Source: Cenarchaeum sp.
Lineage (GTDB): Archaea; Thermoproteota; Nitrososphaeria; Nitrososphaerales; Nitrosopumilaceae
Reading direction: 5' to 3'
DNA: 64,000 nt
Assembly (NCBI GenBank): GCA_965242695.1
Contig: CBDESU010000001.1
Location: 1,792,001 to 1,856,000, forward strand
In this document: positions 56,909-64,000 of the stretch, piece after piece
Position numbering within the stretch: the stretch's first letter is position 1
Layout: every line of letters starts with the position of its first letter
Program-made: the position numbers and the translations under genes
Notes under the pieces: model-generated
Seen by the model: the letters and a program-made list of their open reading frames with translations, nothing else
The model's database searches: none
What the model was told of the DNA's origin: nothing

Positions 56909-59900
56909 TCACTTTGCGGCCGGCGCCGTCGCCGCGGGGGCCGCCGGCACGCCGCGCCGGTTGTACCTGACGACGTGCGAGGCGCCGCCGGCCTTTGGGA
57001 ACACGCCGTACACCTGGTCTGCCTTTGAGATGAGCAGGTCCTTGTGCGAGACCATTATGAACTGGCTCGACTCGGACCTCTTCTTGAGTATGTCCGCGAG
57101 CCGCTGGGCGTTCGGGCCGTCGAGGCTCGCGTCGATCTCGTCGAATATGTAGAACGGCGACGGGCGCAGCTGCTGCAGCGCGAGCGCAAAGACGACGGCG
57201 GCGAGCGTCTTTTCGCCCCCGCTCGTCGACGTCGACTCGCGCTTGGCCTTGCCCGGGAACTGGAGCATGTACAGCACCCCCGAGCTGAATATGTCGTCCT
57301 CGTTCTCGAGCTCGAGCCACGCGTTGCCGCCGTCCATCATTCCCGAGAACGCGATGCGTATCTCCTTGTCGACCTTGTCGAACGCGTCAAGGAACGTCTG
57401 GCGCTTGTCCTTTTCGACGGACTCTATGAACTCTACGATCTTGTTGCGCTCGGCCTCTAGCTCGTTCCTGCGCGTCGACATGCTGCGGTACCCGTCCGAG
57501 ACCCGGGCGTACGACTCGGGCGCCTTTGCGTTCAGGTCGCCGAGCGAGCGCAGCTCGGCCTCTAGGTCGCGCACCGTCTGCAGCGCATCGCCTCCCCGGC
57601 CGCCCCCTCCCAGCTCCGCAGCCTCGGCCTCGGCGGCCGCGGCGGCCTCGCCGAACCCCGCGCGCTCGAGGACTGCTCGCAGGCGCACCTCCTCGGCGTC
57701 GAGGCCCTCCAGGTCGCGCCGCACAGAGTCCGACGAGCGCTCGGCCGTGCTGATCACGCGCGTCAGATCCTTGTCGCGGCCGTTCAGGTCGGACAGGGCC
57801 CCGTCGTAGTCCTTGATCGTAGAGGCCCACGCGCCGCCGCTCTCGATGACCTCCTGCTCGCGCTCGCGCAGCCCGTCAAGGCGCCGCCTCGCCCCGGCCC
57901 GCTCCTCAGCAAGCCCGCCGATCCTCGACTCGTGGCCGGCCCGCTCCGACGAGGCGGCCGCCTCGGCCCCGCGCAGCGCCTCGGCGTTGCGCCTGCCGGC
58001 CGTTGCCTCGGCCTCCAGGTCGGCGGCTCTCTTTGACGCCGCGGCGTACGCGTCGACCGCGTCCGTGCGCGCCTTTTCGGCACCCACGCGCACCGCATCG
58101 GCCGCATCGAGGTCGGACGCTATCGCATCCAGGTCGGCGCCGCCGTCGGCGGCCAGGGCCGCCTCGGACGCCTCGGACTCGAGCGAGGCCGCGGCCGACT
58201 CGTGCCGCTCGGCGTCGGCGATCAGGCCGGCCCGCTCGGCGGCGAGCTCCTCGAGGCGCCCGGCGAGGCGGCCTAGGGTCGAGCCGCGCTGGCCCGTCTG
58301 CCACTCGAGGTCCTCGAGGCCGCGGTCCGCATCGGCTAGCATGTCGCGCGAGACGTCGCGGCGCTCGGCCTGCCGCTCGATGTCGGCGTCGAGCCGGCGC
58401 AGGTCGGCCTTTTTCCTTTCCATGTGACGGCGCAGCAGGCCGATCGAGCGCAGCAGGCCGTCGACGGACGTGCTCATCGATATGATCTTTGTCAGCTTTG
58501 ATATGCGCGAGTTCACGTCGACTACGACGGCGGCCGCGTTGGACTCGAAGAACTCGCCGTCGACGGACACGGCGCGGTAGCCCCTCCTGGACAGGGCGTA
58601 CGCGTCGTCCTTTGTCCTCGCCACGACGATGCTGCCGAACAGGAACGACTTTAGGCGGGCGTGCCCCGGCCCGCACCTGACAAGGTCCGACAGGACGCCG
58701 ACCACGCCGGGCCCCTCCGGTGCGTCCATCGACACGTCTGGGAGCGCGTCGAGCGGTATTATCTTGAGCTTTGGGAGGCGCCGGTCGCGCACGTACTCGG
58801 CCAGCCCGACGAGCGTCGCAAAGTCGCGCACGACCGTCGCCTTGAGCCAGTCCGAGGCGGCCGCCAGGACGGCCCTCTCGTGCTCCCTGTCCCACTCGAT
58901 CAGCTCGTACGCGAGCCCGATCACCCCGAGCTTGCCGGCGTTGTCGCGCAGCCTTGCCGCCGAGTAGTCCTCGTGCATAATGTCCTTGACGAGCTTTATC
59001 TTGGCGTCGAACTTTGATCCGGCGCTAGTCGACTTGTCGAGCAGCAGCGACAGGTCGTCCATGTCCCGGACGGTCCGCTCGCGCCTGCCCTTGAGCCCCG
59101 ATATCCTGCCGTCGACCGTCTCGACCGAGGCGGCGTGGTTTGCGCGCACGGCCTCTAGGCGCCTGCGCAGGCCGAGCAGCTTTGCATGCTGCTCGCGGTA
59201 CGCGCCGTGCCTCTTGGCGTTCTCGCCCTCCTTGGCCTCGACGTCGGCGAGGCGCGCGCGGGCCCTCGAGGCGCCGAGGCGCGCCTCGCCGAGACGCCCG
59301 GCGATCTCGCTTGCCCTCTTGTCGGCCTCGGACTTTGCGCGAAGCGCATCGGACTGCCTTGCGAGCACGGCATCCCGCCTTGTGTTCGCCTCGGAGGCGC
59401 GCCCGTCGGCATCCGTCCTCGCCGACTCGGCGGCGGCAAGGTCGGCCGCCGCCGCGGCCGACTGCTCGGCCGCCGCCGCGGCCGACTGCTCGGCATCGGC
59501 GAGCTCGGAGCGCATGCGCGGCAGGCCCTCGTCGATGCGTTCGACGGCCCTGCGGGCCGCCGACAGGCGCGCATCGGACTCTTCGAACGCCCGCACGGCC
59601 TCGCTAAGCTCGGACTCTACAATGGCCTTTTTCCTGTTGTACTCGTCTACCTGGCCCATAAAGTCGGCCTTTTGCGCCTCGATCTCGCCTATCCGCCCCC
59701 GGACGGTGTCGCGCTCGTCGCGCGCCCTCCCCATGCGGGCCGCAAGGTCGTCGTCCTCGGCCGCCTTGGCGTCGCGCTCCGAGGCGATCTCGGCGAGGCG
59801 CCTCGACGCCGTGATCGCCTGGAGTCGGCGAATCTCCGAGTGGAGCATGTCGTGGCGGAGCTTCAGGTTGCGCTCCTCGTCGAGCTCGTCGATCTGCTTC

Positions 59901-60508
59901 TTTATCTCGTCCATCTTGGCTAGGGCCACCTCGAGCCGGCGGTCCGCATCGTCGAGCTCCTTGAGGGCCTTTTCCTTGCGCTCGTCGAACTCGGACAGGC
60001 CGATCAGGTCCTCTATGGACTTGCGCTTTTCCTCCGGCGTAAAGTCCGAGATGCGCGTTATCGTGTTCTGCTGGACGGCGTTGAGCTGGTGGAGGCGGGC
60101 GCTGGCCACGTCGAGCAGGTCGACGACGCTGCCGCGCGGCGTCCTCTTCTTGTTCAGGTAGTAGGCCGAGTCGCCGTTGGCATCGAGCTCGCGCGATATC
60201 TCGACGAGGTCCGAGTCTACGGGTATGCGCCTGTCCGCGTTGTCGAGGTGCACGCTGACGCGGGCCGGGTGCTTGCCGCGCCCCGACCCCTCCCCGTCGG
60301 GATCGTACAGGAGCTGGCCCATCCGGCCGACCCGCATCGTCCTCGGCTTGTTCTCGCCGGTGGCGAACGTGATCGCGTCGAGTATGTTGCTCTTTCCCGA
60401 CCCGTTGGCCCCCGCCAGCGATATCAGGCCCGGCTGGAAGTCGATGACCGTGTTCTTGTACCCGAACGACTTGAATCCGAATATCTCGACCTTGCGGATG
60501 TAGACCAC
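56909..60508 (-). CDS. smc: Chromosome segregation protein SMC
   Basis: GFKSF, Walker A GANGSGKSN, coiled coils, hinge, SGGEK, FDEIDASLD; GTG at 60508. Confidence 0.95.
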   Translation of the reverse strand: MVYIRKVEIFGFKSFGYKNTVIDFQPGLISLAGANGSGKSNILDAITFATGENKPRTMRVGRMGQLLYDPDGEGSGRGKHPARVSVHLDNADRRIPVDSDLVEISRELDANGDSAYYLNKKRTPRGSVVDLLDVASARLHQLNAVQQNTITRISDFTPEEKRKSIEDLIGLSEFDERKEKALKELDDADRRLEVALAKMDEIKKQIDELDEERNLKLRHDMLHSEIRRLQAITASRRLAEIASERDAKAAEDDDLAARMGRARDERDTVRGRIGEIEAQKADFMGQVDEYNRKKAIVESELSEAVRAFEESDARLSAARRAVERIDEGLPRMRSELADAEQSAAAAAEQSAAAAADLAAAESARTDADGRASEANTRRDAVLARQSDALRAKSEADKRASEIAGRLGEARLGASRARARLADVEAKEGENAKRHGAYREQHAKLLGLRRRLEAVRANHAASVETVDGRISGLKGRRERTVRDMDDLSLLLDKSTSAGSKFDAKIKLVKDIMHEDYSAARLRDNAGKLGVIGLAYELIEWDREHERAVLAAASDWLKATVVRDFATLVGLAEYVRDRRLPKLKIIPLDALPDVSMDAPEGPGVVGVLSDLVRCGPGHARLKSFLFGSIVVARTKDDAYALSRRGYRAVSVDGEFFESNAAAVVVDVNSRISKLTKIISMSTSVDGLLRSIGLLRRHMERKKADLRRLDADIERQAERRDVSRDMLADADRGLEDLEWQTGQRGSTLGRLAGRLEELAAERAGLIADAERHESAAASLESEASEAALAADGGADLDAIASDLDAADAVRVGAEKARTDAVDAYAAASKRAADLEAEATAGRRNAEALRGAEAAASSERAGHESRIGGLAEERAGARRRLDGLREREQEVIESGGAWASTIKDYDGALSDLNGRDKDLTRVISTAERSSDSVRRDLEGLDAEEVRLRAVLERAGFGEAAAAAEAEAAELGGGGRGGDALQTVRDLEAELRSLGDLNAKAPESYARVSDGYRSMSTRRNELEAERNKIVEFIESVEKDKRQTFLDAFDKVDKEIRIAFSGMMDGGNAWLELENEDDIFSSGVLYMLQFPGKAKRESTSTSGGEKTLAAVVFALALQQLRPSPFYIFDEIDASLDGPNAQRLADILKKRSESSQFIMVSHKDLLISKADQVYGVFPKAGGASHVVRYNRRGVPAAPAATAPAAK

Positions 60509-60722
60509 GATCGTGCCGCCCCAGCCTGCGTAATTAACGCTTGCGATCGCCAAAGATGCGGCGGGCGGGGCTGGCGGGGGAGGCGGGCGGCCGCGGCCCG
60601 GGGGAGCCGCGGCCTCGCATGCCCCTCCCGGCGCCGCCGCCGGCCAGAGGCGGGCACGCTCATCGCCGCGATCGCCCCACGGCGGGGCGCCCGGCGGGGC
60701 GCCCGGCGGCGGCCGCGGGCCC

Positions 60723-61781
60723 TCAGCGCCGGCCCACCTCGCATGCGAACAGGCGCTCGGCATGCCCGCCGTACGGGTCTGTCCTGCCGGCGGCAAACTC
60801 CCTGTGCCCCGTCTCGTGCACCCTCACCCGCCCGCGCCTCCCAAGGATCCTTGCGATCTCCGCGTCGCTGATGCGCGAGTTCGAGCGGACGTCCCGCCTG
60901 TCCGACGTGTTGTTGTACGACAGGAATATGTACCGGCAGTCGGCGTGCATGACCAGGTCCTCGAGGGCCGCGGCCGCATCCCGCAGGCAGTAGCGGCTCT
61001 TGAGGTGGCTTCGGTCCATCTTCTGGGCCTTGCCGCGCGTCTCTGGCTTTTTCCAGGCCGCGGCATTCTCGAGAAGGTGGTACGCATCGCAGTACTGGCG
61101 CGAGTTGTAGGGGGGATCCAGGTACAGGACGTCGACGCTCTCCCTGCGGACCAGGTCGTTGGCATCCATGTTGCAGACCAGGTTTCCGGCGTTGGCGCCG
61201 CCCTCCCCGGGGCAGGGCGCCAGCAGTTCGAGGGGCCGGGCCCGGCCCATCCGGCCCCGGTACGCGTCGTAGTGGCCCACGGTGTTTGCCAGTCGGTCCA
61301 TGGCGTAGAGCAGCGAGCATATCAGCGCGCACCTTTCGCCCTCGCCGGATGCGATCGCCTCGATCTCGTCCCGCACGGCGCCGATCTTTCGCGCCGTCTC
61401 CACGGTGAAGAACGTGCCGCCGTACCGCCTTGAAAAGTAGTTGTCGCCGCCGGCCGGCAGGGCGTTGAGGCGCCGTATCGACTCGGAGAGCCTCCCGCGG
61501 CTCGCCCCGCCGTCGGCCAGGAACGTGCGCAGCGCCACGTAGTTGCTGAACAGGAGGTCGTTGGACACGATGCGCGTGTGCCCGTCGTTGAGCGCCTGCG
61601 AGACGGCGCCCGTCCCCGCAAAGGGATCGCACACGGAGCCAAAGCGTCCGCACGTCTCGGCGATCACGCCGCGGATGAACCCCGTGATCCTCGCCTTGCA
61701 CCCCATGTAGCGGCGGCTCTTGAGCTCAAAGCAGCGCGGCGCGGGGGCGTCGCACTCCCAGAGGCCCTCGGCGGGGGTCAT
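60723..61781 (-). CDS. DNA adenine methyltransferase (D12 / Dam-like), orphan
   Basis: RRYMGCK, DPFAGTG (motif I), YLDPPYN (motif IV), FLSYN. Confidence 0.9.
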   Translation of the reverse strand: MTPAEGLWECDAPAPRCFELKSRRYMGCKARITGFIRGVIAETCGRFGSVCDPFAGTGAVSQALNDGHTRIVSNDLLFSNYVALRTFLADGGASRGRLSESIRRLNALPAGGDNYFSRRYGGTFFTVETARKIGAVRDEIEAIASGEGERCALICSLLYAMDRLANTVGHYDAYRGRMGRARPLELLAPCPGEGGANAGNLVCNMDANDLVRRESVDVLYLDPPYNSRQYCDAYHLLENAAAWKKPETRGKAQKMDRSHLKSRYCLRDAAAALEDLVMHADCRYIFLSYNNTSDRRDVRSNSRISDAEIARILGRRGRVRVHETGHREFAAGRTDPYGGHAERLFACEVGRR

Positions 61782-62086
61782 CGGGGCGGCCTCCGCGGGG
61801 CGCCGCGGCCGCGGCGCGCGGCGCACTCCGATGCTCCGCGGGCTCCCGCAAGGGCGCGGCCGCGGCGCGCGGCGCGCGGGCGGGCAGGCGCGGCTGGCAT
61901 CCCCGCGGGCCGCGGCGCGCAGCCCCCCGCCCGCATGCGCGCGCGGGCGGGCAGCCGGCGCGCCGTCCCGAGCAGGGCCATGCCCGGCGCGGAGCGCCCC
62001 GATGTTAAAGCGTATTCGGGGGCCGCCTGCGCGCCGGTTCCGACCGGGATTCCACGAGCCGCGCACGCGAGTCTTGGGACGGCCCG

Positions 62087-63229
62087 CTATTCCGGCCGGC
62101 GCCCCTGCCGCCCCTCGACGAAATCCTCGCACGCCCTCTTTGCATCAGGATCGCTCATCTGCTCGGGCGGGTGCTTCATGAGGTACGCGCTGGCCGGGAC
62201 TATGGGGCCCCCAACGCCGTCGTCTAGCGCTATCCGGGCAAGGCGCACCGCGTCGATGACGATGCCGGCCGAGTTTGCCTTGTCGTCGACGTCCAGGCGC
62301 ACCTCCATGTTGTACGGCACGTTGGCCCACTGCCTGCCCTCTATCCTCATGAACATCAGCTTCGTGTTGCCCAGGAACGGGACAAAGTCTGACGGGCCCA
62401 CGTATATCTGGTCGTCCTCGAGCCTCTCGGAGAGCTGGCTCTGCACGCTCTCGGTCTTTGATATGCGCTTGCTGGCCAGGCGCTCCTGCTCCTTCATGTT
62501 CAGAAAGTCCGTGTTGCCGCCGACGTTGATCTGGTAGGTCCTCTCTATGCGGGTGCCCCGCTCGCTGCACAGGCGCGCGAGCGTCCGGTGCACGATCGTC
62601 GCGCCCACCTGGCCCTTTATGTCGTCGCCTACGACGGGTATCCCCTTCTCGGCGAACCGGCCGGCCCACCCGGGATCCGACGCTATGAACGACGGTATGC
62701 AGTTGACAAAGGCGGCGCCCGTGTCCAGGCAGACCTGCGCCCAGAAGCGCGTCGCCTCGTCCGAGCCGACAGGGAGGTACGAGACGATGATCTCGGCGCC
62801 CGTCTCGCGCACCACCCTGCGCACGTCCTCGGCCAGCTCCTCGTCCGTCCTGGTCTGCCTCACCGGATTCACCTTGTTCTGCACCCATATGCCGACGCCG
62901 TCTAGCTGCGGCGCCTCGTGGACCAGCGCGCCGGTCTTGGGCATCTGCTCGCGCGGCACCCAGTCGACCATGTTCGGCGACTCGTAGATGGCCTCGTTGA
63001 CCTCCTTGCCGACCTTGTTCTCGCCGACGTCGAACCCGCACACAAAGTCGATGTCGTGTATGGTGTAGCCGCGTAGCCGCTCGTGGATGATCCCGATCAC
63101 CGACTGCGACGGGTTCCTGCGGTAGTACTCTATCCCCTGTATGAGGCCCGAGAAGCAGTTGCCGACGCCGACCAGTCCGACCCTGATCCTCTCGCCGCGG
63201 CCCCCGCCTTGCCCGTCCCCGCCCGACAC
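62087..63229 (-). CDS. ino1: myo-inositol-1-phosphate synthase
   Basis: GVGNC, SYLPVGS, GDDIKGQVGATI, GGNTDFLNM, NSAG; TTTAAA upstream of GTG. Confidence 0.95.
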   Translation of the reverse strand: MSGGDGQGGGRGERIRVGLVGVGNCFSGLIQGIEYYRRNPSQSVIGIIHERLRGYTIHDIDFVCGFDVGENKVGKEVNEAIYESPNMVDWVPREQMPKTGALVHEAPQLDGVGIWVQNKVNPVRQTRTDEELAEDVRRVVRETGAEIIVSYLPVGSDEATRFWAQVCLDTGAAFVNCIPSFIASDPGWAGRFAEKGIPVVGDDIKGQVGATIVHRTLARLCSERGTRIERTYQINVGGNTDFLNMKEQERLASKRISKTESVQSQLSERLEDDQIYVGPSDFVPFLGNTKLMFMRIEGRQWANVPYNMEVRLDVDDKANSAGIVIDAVRLARIALDDGVGGPIVPASAYLMKHPPEQMSDPDAKRACEDFVEGRQGRRPE

Positions 63230-63313
63230 GGGCAGGGGGCGCGCCGCAATAACTTTAAAGGTTGCGTTGCCTGCCGCCCTTTGCGGCACCATGGCGCCGG
63301 GCGCCCCCGGCCG

Positions 63314-64000
63314 TCACTCGGCGGGCGAGGATCGCCGGCGCCGTCCCTCGACGTGCTCTAGTATCCCCGTGTAGTCTAGCCCCCCGAGGCCGGCCACGAC
63401 GGCCGCGTCGTACGCCTCCTCGGCCATCGACGCGAGCGGCAGGCGCAGCCCCGCCGAGCCGGCCGTCTCGTTGACGGCCCGCAGGTCCTTGCTCAGGTTG
63501 CTCAGCAGGAACGTCGGGTCGTAGACGCCATCGGCCATCTTGTACGCCTTGTTCCGGCTCATGCCGGTGCCAAAGTACGTCGAGTTGAGGACCTCTAGGA
63601 AGTCCTTCGGGTCGACCGAGGAGGCGCGCACCATTGCGATTCCCTCGGATATGGACATTGCAAGGGACGCGATCTGCAGGTTCATTGCGAGCTTTACCGT
63701 CAGGGCCGTCCCCGCCCCGCCGAGGAAGAAGATGCGGCTTGCGGTCTCGCCTAGCGCGCCGCGGTGCGCATCGAAGACGGCCCTCTCGCCGGACGCCATC
63801 ATTACCAGGTCCCCCTTGGCGGCCACGGCCGGGCCGCCCATCACGGGCGTGTCGAGCATTGCAATGCCGGCGGCGGCGCGCAGCCTGGCCGCGATGTCGC
63901 GCGAGTCGGCCGGCGTTATCGTGCTCATGTCGCACACGGCCGGAGTGGCCCCCGACGCGGCGATGCCGCGGGGCCCGAGCACGACGTCCCGGACGGCGGC
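63314..64000 (-). CDS. 3-hydroxyisobutyrate / 6-phosphogluconate dehydrogenase-family oxidoreductase (5' end outside the window)
   Basis: CDMSTI, LDTPVMGG, VKLAMN, KDLRA. Confidence 0.88.
   Translation of the reverse strand, partial: AAVRDVVLGPRGIAASGATPAVCDMSTITPADSRDIAARLRAAAGIAMLDTPVMGGPAVAAKGDLVMMASGERAVFDAHRGALGETASRIFFLGGAGTALTVKLAMNLQIASLAMSISEGIAMVRASSVDPKDFLEVLNSTYFGTGMSRNKAYKMADGVYDPTFLLSNLSKDLRAVNETAGSAGLRLPLASMAEEAYDAAVVAGLGGLDYTGILEHVEGRRRRSSPAE

Noticed and set aside
60509-60796. N-terminal extension of SMC
   Set aside because: Low-complexity Pro/Ala frame overlapping the methyltransferase end; an AT-rich box supports GTG at 60508
1-64000. Numerous Arg/Pro/Ala-rich ORFs in alternate frames; tRNA or rRNA genes
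   Set aside because: Such ORFs are expected from stop-codon scarcity at high GC; no tRNA or rRNA signature was recognised by eye

Overview
High-GC archaeal chromosome segment, most consistent with a Nitrososphaerota (Thaumarchaeota, Nitrosopumilaceae-type) genome. Support comes from CFI-box-CTERM and PEF-CTERM surface proteins, rpl15e, spt5, archaeal-type proS, cofE and TATA-box promoters with leaderless starts. A sponge-symbiont lifestyle is plausible but is inference only. Housekeeping genes (spt5, rpl15e, msrA, uspA, cofE, serB, proS, oppF-type ATPase, smc, ino1) are interleaved with two giant repeat-rich surface proteins and scattered conflict-type genes. These include two paralogous HEPN(RxxxxH)-TPR proteins, each with a small acidic neighbour ORF, and a TPR/antitoxin-like gene followed by a RelE-like toxin. 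There is also a duplicated module of an unknown protein plus a PD-(D/E)xK nuclease, two orphan PIN-type genes, an orphan adenine methyltransferase, and a stand-alone truncated type I-G Csb2 (Cas5-like) gene with no other cas gene or array in the window. Spt5 carries an N-terminal Elf1-like zinc ribbon, and one HEAT protein looks like half of a deoxyhypusine hydroxylase. All family calls come from motif recognition by eye; no searches were run.
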